64,000 nucleotides of DNA from an uncultured Planctomycetales bacterium. Its GTDB lineage: Bacteria; Omnitrophota; Gorgyraeia; Aquiviventales; Aquiviventaceae. Position 1 is the first letter of the stretch; each line of letters starts with the position of its first letter. This document shows, in pieces, positions 1-10,564 of this stretch. The stretch lies in assembly GCA_964624155.1 (NCBI GenBank), contig CAZUWM010000002.1, positions 5,159 through 69,158 of the forward strand, given 5' to 3'. A model generated the notes under the pieces. It did not search any database. It was not told the DNA's origin and saw only the letters and a list, made by a program, of their open reading frames with translations. The position numbers were made by a program, and so were the translations under genes.

Positions 1-89
1 GGTCTATGAGATAGTCGCGCACTTGGGCTCTGGAGCGGGTTCCGAACCGGAGATACCGTCGAGCCGCGCGCAACCAGCGGTCGACGTCC

Positions 90-1625
90 CTAGCGGGACG
101 CTTTAATGACGACATAGCCTCGGTTGGTGCGGACCAAGGCGTTCGCGCCAGGAGGGATGCTCGAAATGACCTCGCGGTAGTCGTTGACCGAGGCCACCCG
201 CCTGCGGTTGATCTCATTGATCACATCACCGGGTTGCAGACGCGCATCGCCGGCCGGGCTGTCAGGGACGACCTCGGTCACCACCACCCCACCGGTTTCA
301 GGATTGATCCCAAATTGTTCCGCAAGTTGCGGAGTCAAGTCAGCGACCTTCACGCCTCGCCAGGCTTCCGCAGCACCTCCGACGAGCTCAATCTCCGATG
401 GCCGCTCCCCCACCTCGATCGCCATGGTCGAGGTCTTGCCTTCTCTGAGGACTTCGACGTGAACCTTCCGGCCGACTTTGGTGCGACCGACGAGAGCCAC
501 CAGCTCGCCCGCGTTCTTGGCGGGCGTCCCATCGAACGCCTTGATGATATCCCCGTCTTTCATGCCGGCTTTCTCCGCGGGACCATTCGGCAAGACCTGA
601 TAGATGAGCACCCCCGAACGATCGGACAACCCGTAGTACTCCGCGACGTCCTGGGTGATGTCTTGAATCTGCACGCCCAGCCACCCGTACAACACCTTGC
701 GACCCTCGATCAACACATCGAGAATCGCTTTCGCCTTGTTAATCGGAATCGCAAACCCCACCCCCTCGCTGCCTCGGGAGCTGGTGAGGATCGCCACGTT
801 GATGCCGATCACCTCGCCGCGGCTATTGACCAGCGGCCCACCGCTGTTGCCGGGGTTGATGGCGGCGTCCGTCTGGATCAGATCCGAATAATCTCGATCG
901 GCTCGTGAGACATGCGGTAAACGACGGTGCAAGGCGCTGACGACTCCGACGGTCAAGGTCGGTTCAGGGCCAAGCACCTGACTGGAGGACCCATAGCCGA
1001 CTAATCCAAACGGATTGCCCAACGCAATGGCCCATTGGCCGGTCTTGACGGTATTCGAATCCCCCAAGGCGGCCGCAGGAAGATTCTTCGCGTCGATCTT
1101 GATGACGGCCAAGTCGGACCGCATGTCTTTGCCCTTGACCTCACCGGAAAACTCGCGGCCGTCGGACAGGGTCACGGTGATCTTATCCGCATCGGCCACG
1201 ACATGTTCGTTGGTCAGGATATACCCCTGTTTATCGATGATGACGCCGGAACCCAAGCCAAACCGTCGGAATTCCTGTCCTTGGCCCTGTTGTCCGGGGA
1301 CCTGACCGAAAAACTCTCGGAAGAACTCATCGAACGGTTCATCCCCAAAGAAGGGATGCACGCGGAAATATCGCTGGACCTGTTCGATCTGCTCCGTAGA
1401 GATACTCACGACTGCAGGTCCCACCTGCTCGCCGACGCGAGTGAAGGCCTGTTCCAGCGTCTCGGCTTCTGAGCCCCCTTGTCCGGCTTGCACCGGGTCG
1501 AATCCGACGACGGAATGCGACGCAGGCTTGGTGCTTCCCGACCACAGTTCCACGCGCCCCGCAAACACCCCGACCCCCACAATGAGGGCACACAGCCCGA
1601 GGAGACGAATCGTTGAGCCCTTCAT
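90..1625 (-). CDS. HtrA/DegP family periplasmic serine protease with PDZ domains
   Basis: 511 aa; trypsin-like GNSGGPL motif and catalytic H/D/S context; two C-terminal PDZ-like regions; N-terminal signal/TM. Confidence 0.85.
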   Translation of the reverse strand: MKGSTIRLLGLCALIVGVGVFAGRVELWSGSTKPASHSVVGFDPVQAGQGGSEAETLEQAFTRVGEQVGPAVVSISTEQIEQVQRYFRVHPFFGDEPFDEFFREFFGQVPGQQGQGQEFRRFGLGSGVIIDKQGYILTNEHVVADADKITVTLSDGREFSGEVKGKDMRSDLAVIKIDAKNLPAAALGDSNTVKTGQWAIALGNPFGLVGYGSSSQVLGPEPTLTVGVVSALHRRLPHVSRADRDYSDLIQTDAAINPGNSGGPLVNSRGEVIGINVAILTSSRGSEGVGFAIPINKAKAILDVLIEGRKVLYGWLGVQIQDITQDVAEYYGLSDRSGVLIYQVLPNGPAEKAGMKDGDIIKAFDGTPAKNAGELVALVGRTKVGRKVHVEVLREGKTSTMAIEVGERPSEIELVGGAAEAWRGVKVADLTPQLAEQFGINPETGGVVVTEVVPDSPAGDARLQPGDVINEINRRRVASVNDYREVISSIPPGANALVRTNRGYVVIKASR

Positions 1626-2675
<1,050 letters not shown>

Positions 2676-2763
2676 GTTGGTGTCCCTTCCTCTTTTTTAT
2701 TATTTACCCTGTTTGCGCTGCGGGCATACGGGAGGTATTATACCTCATCGAGACGAGCAAGTC

Positions 2764-4071
2764 ATGCGGGCAGCCATCCTCTCCATCGGTTCAGAGTTGA
2801 CCAGCGGGCAGACCGTCAACACCAACGCGGCCTACCTTGCCAGACGGCTCCAGGAGCTTGGGATTCCGTGTGTGCGGCAACTCGTCGTGGCCGATGAGTC
2901 CCCGCGTATTGTTGAGGCGCTCAGAGAGCTGCTGGCTTCCACCGATCTGCTGATTCTCACCGGCGGACTTGGGCCCACCTTTGACGATCTCACCGCGGCC
3001 TCCCTGGCCCAAGCCGTCGATCGTCCGCTTCGATTCGTCCCACGGGCGGCTGCGCGTGTGCGCGTCTTCTACCGACAACATCACCGACGTCTCAACCGCT
3101 TGGCCCTTCGCCAAGCCTATCTCCCCGATGGGGCTCAGGCTCTGCCGAATCCGGTCGGGACGGCCCCCGGGATCTGGTTTGACGGTGATCCTTCGACTCG
3201 TCCCGCTGCGGCGGGACTCGCTCAGGATTCCGCCCCACGGACAGCACCGATGGGGCTCCATGGACACCTCATCGTGGCCTTGCCTGGTGTGCCACGCGAA
3301 ATGCAAGCCATTTGTGAGAAGTCCGTCATCCCCCGTCTTCGACAGCGCCTGCACGGGACACCCATCGTCAGTCGTACGATCCGCACCATTGGGATCGTGG
3401 AACTGGCGATCCAAGGGGTGTTGCGCCGCCTGCGCATTCCGGATGAGGTGCAAGTGGGACTCTATCCGAACCTCATGGCCGTCGATGTCCGCTTGACGGT
3501 CGCCGGCAAGTCCCGACGCGACGCGGAGCGTCTCTTGGATCGGTTGGAGCAAATACTGCGCCGACGACTCGGTCCTGTGGTGTACGGGATCGATGAGGAC
3601 ACGCTGGAAGGCATTGTGGGAGGGTTGCTGGTGAAACGACGCCTGACCCTCGCCGTAGCCGAGTCATGCACCGGCGGCTTGGTCTCTGACCGGTTGACCA
3701 ATGTGCCGGGCAGCTCGCGCTATCTGATCATGTCGGTCGTGGCCTACCACAACCGCGTCAAACACGAGGTCTTAGGAGTACCCCAGGCGGCGTTGACGCG
3801 CTACGGTGCTGTCAGCGCTCACGTTGCCAAGGCCATGGCGCAAGGGGCTCGACGCTGCGCCGGGACTGACGTGGGGCTGGCGGTCACCGGCATCGCGGGG
3901 CCGACCGGGGCGACACCGTCCAAACCGGTGGGCCTGGTCTACATGGCGCTGGCCACACACGCGCGCACGATCGTCGAGCGCCACATCTTCCACGGCGACC
4001 GCCTCGCCGTCAAATCCCAAGCCGCCCAACTCGCCCTCGACCTCCTGCGCCGCCGCGCCTCGTATCCCTAA
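2764..4071 (+). CDS. cinA: Competence/damage-inducible protein CinA (MoCF-binding N-domain + CinA C-domain)
   Basis: Internal ATG of ORF 2344..4071 begins MRAAILSIGSELTSGQ (typical CinA N-terminus); C-terminal LAVAESCTGG motif; divergent from recA. Confidence 0.8.
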   Translation: MRAAILSIGSELTSGQTVNTNAAYLARRLQELGIPCVRQLVVADESPRIVEALRELLASTDLLILTGGLGPTFDDLTAASLAQAVDRPLRFVPRAAARVRVFYRQHHRRLNRLALRQAYLPDGAQALPNPVGTAPGIWFDGDPSTRPAAAGLAQDSAPRTAPMGLHGHLIVALPGVPREMQAICEKSVIPRLRQRLHGTPIVSRTIRTIGIVELAIQGVLRRLRIPDEVQVGLYPNLMAVDVRLTVAGKSRRDAERLLDRLEQILRRRLGPVVYGIDEDTLEGIVGGLLVKRRLTLAVAESCTGGLVSDRLTNVPGSSRYLIMSVVAYHNRVKHEVLGVPQAALTRYGAVSAHVAKAMAQGARRCAGTDVGLAVTGIAGPTGATPSKPVGLVYMALATHARTIVERHIFHGDRLAVKSQAAQLALDLLRRRASYP

Positions 4072-4076
4072 GCATC

Positions 4077-4349
4077 CTATAGCCAGCTCACTTTGATTTC
4101 GCCCTCAAGCGGTTTGAAATCTTTGTCGCCGGTGACGAGTGTCGCTTTTCGTGTCTTGGCAAGCGCGGCGGCGAAGCAGTCCACATAGGGAAGTTTGTGG
4201 GTCACTTTCAACAGCGCGGCGTGTTTAGCAAGTTCGAGGTCCGCGTCCACCAATTCAATCGGGAACGTGCTGATCATGTGAGCCATTCGATTCGCCTGCT
4301 CAATGCCATGGGTCCGGTGCGTGACGTAATAGGCTTCACCCCTAAACAA
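4077..4349 (-). pseudogene. Truncated PIN-domain (VapC-like) toxin remnant
   Basis: 90 aa matching only the C-terminal two-thirds of a PIN domain (PYVDCFAAALA...TGDKDF); in-frame upstream translation lacks the N-terminal acidic/hydrophobic PIN segment; TTG start; overlapped by thpR; no antitoxin partner seen. Confidence 0.45.
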
Positions 4350-4899
4350 ATGGAAACGAGGCGAGGGGGGTGTAGCGCGCGCCGGCGCTGGTGAGCGTGC
4401 TCTGGAAGAGTGTCAGGTGGGTCGCGCAAAACGGTTCAGGTGGACGCCACGCGGATTCGCGCATCGCTGCCATGAGTTGGGCGCGTCCCCGTGGAGAACG
4501 GACGCGGCCAAGGGTGACGTGGGCCGCAAAGGGCCGCTCTTCCTTGGCGAACCCCAGCAAGACCAGCTCTCTCTCGAACTCGCCCGCCAATTGAGTCAAC
4601 CAGTCCTTCCCTTCTCCGACACCGATCCATAGGATGCGGGGCGACTCCAGCGAGGGAAACGCCCCCAGCCCGGTCAATTGGATCGTCGCGACAGGATGGT
4701 GAGAGGCCGCGCCGCGCAGCATCTCCTCAAGACCCTGCCGCTGTTGCTCGGTGATCTCCCCGAGGAATCGCATCGTGACGTGCAGGTTGGCTTCCTCAGT
4801 CCATTTCACATCGGCGCGGGGCTGCGCCAACTGCGATTGGAGATGGGTGAGTGCGCGGCGAATGTCGGCAGGAAGCTCAACGGCCAAAAACGCCCGCAT
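4342..4899 (-). CDS. thpR: RNA 2',3'-cyclic phosphodiesterase / 2'-5' RNA ligase (ThpR/LigT)
   Basis: Two H-x-T-x motifs (HVTMRF, HVTLGR); start taken at internal Met MRAFLAVELP. Confidence 0.8.
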   Translation of the reverse strand: MRAFLAVELPADIRRALTHLQSQLAQPRADVKWTEEANLHVTMRFLGEITEQQRQGLEEMLRGAASHHPVATIQLTGLGAFPSLESPRILWIGVGEGKDWLTQLAGEFERELVLLGFAKEERPFAAHVTLGRVRSPRGRAQLMAAMRESAWRPPEPFCATHLTLFQSTLTSAGARYTPLASFPFV

Positions 4900-4909
4900 G
4901 TTTACGAGT

Positions 4910-4998
4910 CCATAGTCCGCAGTCGATAGTCCATAGTGAGAAATCAAAAAATGCTTCGAGGTTTGTCTATCGACTATGGACTATGGCCTATGGACTAA
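4910..4998. repeat. Inverted heptamer array, CCATAGT arm / ACTATGG arm (3 tandem copies)
   Basis: ccatagtccgcagtcgatagtccatagtg ... cgactatggactatggcctatggacta; between thpR start and pgpA stop. Confidence 0.8.
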
Positions 4999-5463
4999 GT
5001 TCAGGAGGAGAATGGTGTAGGCGGCAGCGCCGACGTCATCGAGCATGATGCCCCACCCCGCCGGCGCTTTCGCGAACCACTTCAAGGGTGGAGGCTTGAC
5101 GATATCGAACAGCCGAAACAGCACAAAGGCGAGCGCCATCATGCCGGGAGCCTGCAGGAGGCTTGGAAACGCCGCGATCGCCGCCCACATGCCCCACACC
5201 TCGTCGATGACGACGAACGATGGATCGTGCGCGCCGGCGGCCCGCTCAGCGCTTGTCGACACCGCCACGCCGATGAGGAGGGCCATGACCAGCAGACCCG
5301 CGCGCAGCGGCGCGGCGTATGACGCCGTGAGACAACCGATCAGCAGCCCGACGCAACTTCCGGCCGTCCCGGGCGCCCAAGGCAGATAGCCGGCACCCCC
5401 GCCGGTGGCGAGGAAGTTAACGAGCCCTTGACATCGTGACATGTCAAGGGCGAGCCGACGCAT
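4981..5463 (-). CDS. pgpA: Phosphatidylglycerophosphatase A
   Basis: PgpA signature ...PWAPGTAGS...; small membrane protein; true start may be internal Met (5442). Confidence 0.8.
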   Translation of the reverse strand: MRRLALDMSRCQGLVNFLATGGGAGYLPWAPGTAGSCVGLLIGCLTASYAAPLRAGLLVMALLIGVAVSTSAERAAGAHDPSFVVIDEVWGMWAAIAAFPSLLQAPGMMALAFVLFRLFDIVKPPPLKWFAKAPAGWGIMLDDVGAAAYTILLLNLVHRP

Positions 5464-6028
5464 CGCGCAAGAGTCCCCGATGGCGCCAGAAAAAACTGGC
5501 TCCTGAGACGATGGTCAAGATCACCGTCACCCACAAGGCCACCGCGATGATCTGTGTCATGACGTGATCGGCGGAGATGGGGAGTGCTGCCGCAAAGGCT
5601 TCTCGGATGATCAAAGAAATCAGGATCAGCACGACGGCCACCATCTGGGAGACCGTTTTATGCTTGCCTTCCTTCGCGGCCGCGATGACGATCTTGCGAT
5701 TGGCCGCGTAGAGTCGCACACCGGTGATGAGGAGTTCCCGAGCGAGAATGACGACCACCATCCAGGCTGGGACGAGACGGAGTTGGACGAAGCTGATCAA
5801 CAAGCCCAGAATGAGGATTTTATCGGCGATGGGATCAAGGAGGGTGCCCAGGGGGCTGGTTTGATTGAATCGCCTCGCGACATACCCATCAAGCCAATCC
5901 GTCAGCGAGGCAAGGGCAAAGAGAAGCAGGCAGACGACTTTCGCCGTCATCCCAGGAACGATCAACAAGCCCATGATCACCACGGTGAGCAGGATGCGAA
6001 GGACGGTGATCTTGGTGGGCAGCGTCAT
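5444..6028 (-). CDS. pgsA: CDP-diacylglycerol--glycerol-3-phosphate 3-phosphatidyltransferase
   Basis: CDP-alcohol phosphatidyltransferase motif DWLDGYVARR...GTLLDPIADK; 194 aa membrane protein. Confidence 0.85.
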   Translation of the reverse strand: MTLPTKITVLRILLTVVIMGLLIVPGMTAKVVCLLLFALASLTDWLDGYVARRFNQTSPLGTLLDPIADKILILGLLISFVQLRLVPAWMVVVILARELLITGVRLYAANRKIVIAAAKEGKHKTVSQMVAVVLILISLIIREAFAAALPISADHVMTQIIAVALWVTVILTIVSGASFFWRHRGLLRDASARP

Positions 6029-7407
6029 GTCAAAGTCGGAAGTGGGAAGTCGGAAGTGGGAAGTGAGATGTTCGCTTCCGCGACCAAATCGTATTCGTAG
6101 GTGTCGGTGATCGTCACTGGGACGATCTGGCCGGGAACCAGCGGTGTGGCGTTCGTCACGTAGACCACCCCGTCCACTTCAGGACAATCGGCTGCGGTAC
6201 GCCCGACAAACTGCGTTGGCTCGGATGGATCGGCCTCGTCAATGATGACCTCGCATCGCCGTCCCAGCCACGTCCGGTTGATCTCCGACGCCACACGCTG
6301 TTGTACCTGCATGAGTTGATCGTAGCGGCGTTGCTTCACCGCCTCCGGAACCTGATCCGGATACCGAAAGGCTGCTGCGCCTTCCTCGTTCGAGTACTGG
6401 AAGGCGCCCAGACGTTCGAATTTCATGTCTTCAATGAACTCGATCAGCGCCTCAAAAGCCCGTTCGGTTTCTCCGGGAAACCCGACAATGACCGCGGTGC
6501 GCAGGGAGATGCCCGGGATCTCCCGCCGGAGTCTCGCCACGCGTTCGCGGATGTGTTCCTGGGTGATCCCGCGGTTCATCCTCATCAGGACGTCGTTGTC
6601 GGCGTGCTCGATGGCCGAGTCGAGATACTTGCAGACGGTGGGGATATCTCGAATCGCTTCGAGAATCTGCGGGGTGATGCCCTTCGGATGGCAGTACAAC
6701 AATCGAATCCAGCGAAGGCCTTGAATCGTTCCTAACGCGGCGAGCAGATCGGCGATGCGCGGCTGACCGTAGAGATCGACACCGTAATCGGAGGTGTCCT
6801 GGCCCACGACAACCAATTCCCTGACTCCCCGCTCCTCAACGAGTCGACGCGCTTCCTCCACGAGATCCTCCATCGGCCGACTCGCCAGAGGCCCCTTGAT
6901 CTTCGGGATGATACAGAAACTGCAGCCTTTCAGGCAGCCTTCAGACACTTTCAGATAGGCATAGTGCGATGGGGTAAGGGCGACGCGGGAAGGCTGCCCG
7001 CGGTGCGGCAGGCGTGGTCGTCGGCGAATGAGTGCGTGGTGTTCACCCTTCAGGACCTTGTGGACGACCGTTTCAATGTCACCAAACCCATCCACCCCAA
7101 CAAACCCATCGACCTCAGGAAGCTCTTTGACCAGTCCTTCTTTGAATCGCTGGACCAAGCACCCGGCGACGACGACCGCCTTGAGCTTCCCTTGCTGCTT
7201 GAGCTCCGCCACCTGCAGCACGGTGTCAATGGATTCTTGGATCGCCTCCTGGATGAAGCTGCACGTGTTGATGATGGCCACATCCGCTTGTTCCAGCGTG
7301 TCGACCACGGTCAAACCGGCTTGTTGTAGCTCGCCCAGATAGAGCTCGGAATCCACCAAGGTTCTGGGACATCCGAGGCTGATCAGATGAACGGTCGGTT
7401 GTCTCAT
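6025..7407 (-). CDS. rimO: Ribosomal protein S12 methylthiotransferase RimO (MiaB-family radical SAM + TRAM)
   Basis: N-terminal ISLGCPRTLVDSE, radical SAM CxxxCxxC (CSFCIIP), C-terminal TRAM; last ~15 aa are encoded by GGAAGTN heptamer repeats. Confidence 0.8.
   Translation of the reverse strand: MRQPTVHLISLGCPRTLVDSELYLGELQQAGLTVVDTLEQADVAIINTCSFIQEAIQESIDTVLQVAELKQQGKLKAVVVAGCLVQRFKEGLVKELPEVDGFVGVDGFGDIETVVHKVLKGEHHALIRRRPRLPHRGQPSRVALTPSHYAYLKVSEGCLKGCSFCIIPKIKGPLASRPMEDLVEEARRLVEERGVRELVVVGQDTSDYGVDLYGQPRIADLLAALGTIQGLRWIRLLYCHPKGITPQILEAIRDIPTVCKYLDSAIEHADNDVLMRMNRGITQEHIRERVARLRREIPGISLRTAVIVGFPGETERAFEALIEFIEDMKFERLGAFQYSNEEGAAAFRYPDQVPEAVKQRRYDQLMQVQQRVASEINRTWLGRRCEVIIDEADPSEPTQFVGRTAADCPEVDGVVYVTNATPLVPGQIVPVTITDTYEYDLVAEANISLPTSDFPLPTLT
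6030..6080. repeat. Tandem GGAAGT(G/C) heptamers x4 with one CTTCC partner
   Basis: gtcggaagtgggaagtcggaagtgggaagtgag; at rimO 3' end / pgsA start. Confidence 0.8.
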
Positions 7408-7447
7408 CTGTGAAATCGATTGTGCAATCTGTGTAATCTGTGGTGTG
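7406..7447. repeat. ATCTGTG heptamer cluster (3 copies)
   Basis: catctgtgaaatcgattgtgcaatctgtgtaatctgtgg; rimO start / rodZ-like end. Confidence 0.75.
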
Positions 7448-7449
7448 GT

Positions 7450-8277
7450 TTATTCAGAGGAGACCCCGGCTCGCACCTTCAGGTCAGGTGCCTCGGGGCT
7501 GTTGGGCAGCGCGCTAATGGTACGGTGGTGAATCAGGACTCGCCCCTGATGAGCGAGGACGAGCGGACTGATCGATTGGCCGTTGAGGATCACGTCCACG
7601 TGAAAGGGTTTGGCGACGATCAGCTTCAACTGGCGCTTGGCTTTCCACGTCTCCTGTGCTCCAGCCGCCAATTCCCGTTGGGTCAACAATCGCCCATCGC
7701 CCTCCACCGAGATCCAGGTCGATCGTCGAGCGATGAGTTTCAGTTCCAAGGATTGGTTCAGGGGGATCACCAAGGTCTCAGGACGAACCGTCGGCTGCTC
7801 AGAAGCGATGGTCAAACTGGCTTCCTGCCGAGGGGTCTCGACGGAGAATCTGCGCAGCGGATTCGCCTTGACCATGACCACGAGGGCGATCACCCCAACC
7901 GCAACGGTCCCGAGGCGACGGATCAGCGCCCAGGGTAGTTCCACCCCGCCTTCAAAGGCGGAGCTTCCTGTGGGGCGAGGCGAAGGAACGGTGGCAGGTT
8001 CTGATGGCGTTGGCGGCGGATAGAGCTGTTGAATGAGCGAGCGAGGATCGAGGTGCAGACATTTCGCGTAGGTCGTCACGAATCCTTTGACGTAGATCGG
8101 ACTCATGGTCTTGTGCAACTCGTCTCGCTCGAGCGTCTCCAGCACCCACGGTTGAATTTTTGTCACGTCGGAGATGTCCCGGAGGCTGAGCCGCTGCGTG
8201 GTGCGCGCGGCTTTGAATTGTTCCCCTACGCTTAATAACTTTAACTCTTGCGAAGTCGATAGGGGGGAAACCATCAA
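7450..8277 (-). CDS. RodZ-like cytoskeleton protein (N-terminal HTH + C-terminal DUF4115-like domain)
   Basis: XRE-type HTH (LSLRDISDVTKIQPWVLETLE), single TM, Pro/Ser-rich linker. Confidence 0.55.
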   Translation of the reverse strand: MMVSPLSTSQELKLLSVGEQFKAARTTQRLSLRDISDVTKIQPWVLETLERDELHKTMSPIYVKGFVTTYAKCLHLDPRSLIQQLYPPPTPSEPATVPSPRPTGSSAFEGGVELPWALIRRLGTVAVGVIALVVMVKANPLRRFSVETPRQEASLTIASEQPTVRPETLVIPLNQSLELKLIARRSTWISVEGDGRLLTQRELAAGAQETWKAKRQLKLIVAKPFHVDVILNGQSISPLVLAHQGRVLIHHRTISALPNSPEAPDLKVRAGVSSE

Positions 8278-8307
8278 AACATCTTCATCGTTGTGATGTT
8301 CTTGAAC

Positions 8308-10485
8308 CTATTCAGAATGGGCGACTTCGGGTCTGGAGAAGATCTCGCGAGGGCGACTGCCCTGGGCCGGTCCGACCAGACCTTCTTGTTCCATCTGATC
8401 AAGGATGCGCGCGGCTCGTCCATAACCCAGCCGTAAGCGGCGCTGGAGAAATGACGTGGACGCCTGGCCGGTCTCCAGGACCAGCCGCTTGGCCATATCA
8501 TACAACTCATCCTTCTCACCCATCAAGCCGAATTCCGCGGGCTGATCTTGTTTGACCAACAACTGTTCATCATAACTCGGAGCGCGTTGGGCTTTCAAGA
8601 AATTCACCAATCGCTCAATTTCTTCATCCGTCACATAGCAGCTCTGGGCGCGAATCGGTTTGGCCGTTCCCGGTCGCAAGAACATCAAATCTCCGCGACC
8701 CAGGAGTTTATCCGCCCCGTTCATGTCCAAGATCGTGCGCGAGTCCACCTTTGACGCCACCTGAAACGCGATGCGAGCCGGAAAGTTGGCTTTAATCACG
8801 CCCGTGATCACGTCAACCGAAGGACGCTGCGTGGCCAGGATGATATGCAGGCCGACCGCTCGAGAGAGCTGGGAGAGCCGCGTGATGGCCTCCTCCACAT
8901 CCTGCGAGGCCACCATCATCAGATCCGCCAATTCGTCGATCACGATGACCAAATATGGAAGACGCTCAAGGCTCGAGGCTCCAGGCTCGAGGTTCTGGTC
9001 TTGCCTTGAGCCTTCAGCTTTCAGCCTAGGGCATCTTTCATTGTAGGCATCGATATTCCTGACCCCAACTTTCGCTAAGACCTGATAGCGACGTTCCATT
9101 TCCGTCACGGCCCAGGCCAAGGCGGCTGCCGCTCGCTTCGCATCCGCGACCACAGGAGCGACCAGATGGGGGATGTCATTGAAGAGTATCAGTTCCACCT
9201 TTTTCGGATCGATCATGAGGAATTTCACGTCATCCGGACTGGCCTGATACAACATCCCGGTCAGCAAGCTGTTCAAGCACACGGTCTTGCCCGATCCGGT
9301 CGCTCCGGCGATCAAGAGATGGGGACACTCGCGCAGGTCCGCCACCAACGGGTGACCTGACACATCCATCCCAATGCCAAGCGCCAGCGGCGAGCGCAGC
9401 TGAGTGAACTCGCGGGAAGTCATCAGGTCTCGCACGTAGACGGTTGTCGCTCGATGGTTGGGCACATCCACCCCCACGAGTCCCTTGCCGGGGATGGGGG
9501 CGATGATATGGCAGCTCGCCGCCTTCAAGACGAGCGCCAAGTCATCAGCGAGCGAGACGATCTTGGTCAGTTTGACTCCGGGAGCGGGTTGGAGTTCATA
9601 CCGGGTCACCGTCGGTCCGCGATCGATGTTGAGCACGGTGGCCTCAATGCCGAATTCCCGCAGGGTCTCCTCCAGAATGCGCGCATTGGTCATTGGGTCT
9701 TCCCCGGGCTCCGCCTGCCGCTGGGCAAGCGGCGGAGGTTGCGTGAGAAGGTCTAACGAGGGCAATTGAAACCCCCCGCTCGTTTGCCGAGCGCGGGCGA
9801 GTTTGGTTGGGGAGAGAGGGGGCGGAATGGTTTTGGGGTTCTGGGTCACGATCGGGTTTCTGATCGATGGCCGTGCTGTTTCAGTGGATCGAACGGCGTG
9901 GTTGGCATCGGCGGATCGCCACGATGAACGTGGGGTCGTGGCCACGGATCGTCTCGTGAAACGCTCGCGGATGGCGTTCCACCAGGTCTGGAGCCCGCTC
10001 ACCCACCGACGAGGAAGAACCCTGGTGTCCACCATCAGCGTCCACGACAAGTAGCCCACACAGAGCGCCAGCAACGCGCTCCCGATGGAGCCTAAATAAT
10101 ACCGGCCGGCCCGAACACCCAGGTAGCCCACGACACCCCCGAGCGCCGTTTGTCGGGTTGGGTCCATCGTACTGAGGGCGATCAAGGTCGAAGCGCTCCC
10201 GAGCAGGAACAGACTCGCAAGGCCTGTGGTGGTCCATCGTCCGTGATCCAGGGTGTTGGTGCGCCACAAGCGGACGGACCAGACGCCCGCCAGGACCGGG
10301 ATGAGGAGCGACGCCCATCCGAATCCTCCCCGCCCGATCAACGCGACCCAAGAACCGACAACACCGCCGATGTTCCGAAGAGGTTGGTTGGGCTCAGAAC
10401 TCAGGAGAGACAAATCTGCGGGATGGTACGACGCGACAGCCAGCAGCACAAACACTCCCGCTGCGCTGATGAAAGCGCTCACCAC
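8308..10485 (-). CDS. ftsK: DNA translocase FtsK/SpoIIIE
   Basis: N-terminal 4-5 TM segments, linker, FtsK ATPase (GATGSGKT Walker A) and gamma winged-helix domain. Confidence 0.9.
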   Translation of the reverse strand: MVSAFISAAGVFVLLAVASYHPADLSLLSSEPNQPLRNIGGVVGSWVALIGRGGFGWASLLIPVLAGVWSVRLWRTNTLDHGRWTTTGLASLFLLGSASTLIALSTMDPTRQTALGGVVGYLGVRAGRYYLGSIGSALLALCVGYLSWTLMVDTRVLPRRWVSGLQTWWNAIRERFTRRSVATTPRSSWRSADANHAVRSTETARPSIRNPIVTQNPKTIPPPLSPTKLARARQTSGGFQLPSLDLLTQPPPLAQRQAEPGEDPMTNARILEETLREFGIEATVLNIDRGPTVTRYELQPAPGVKLTKIVSLADDLALVLKAASCHIIAPIPGKGLVGVDVPNHRATTVYVRDLMTSREFTQLRSPLALGIGMDVSGHPLVADLRECPHLLIAGATGSGKTVCLNSLLTGMLYQASPDDVKFLMIDPKKVELILFNDIPHLVAPVVADAKRAAAALAWAVTEMERRYQVLAKVGVRNIDAYNERCPRLKAEGSRQDQNLEPGASSLERLPYLVIVIDELADLMMVASQDVEEAITRLSQLSRAVGLHIILATQRPSVDVITGVIKANFPARIAFQVASKVDSRTILDMNGADKLLGRGDLMFLRPGTAKPIRAQSCYVTDEEIERLVNFLKAQRAPSYDEQLLVKQDQPAEFGLMGEKDELYDMAKRLVLETGQASTSFLQRRLRLGYGRAARILDQMEQEGLVGPAQGSRPREIFSRPEVAHSE

Positions 10486-10564
10486 GCGCGCCGGCCCCGA
10501 CCGCTGTCGGGGCGCCGTTGGAATGCGAGGGGTGTGAGGCGTTGTGGAAATGACCCCTCCAGCG

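Noticed and set aside
2676-2763. LexA/SOS box in the recA-cinA divergent intergenic region
   Set aside because: No CTGT-N8-ACAG or other recognisable SOS palindrome; lineage-specific boxes cannot be assessed without knowing the taxon.
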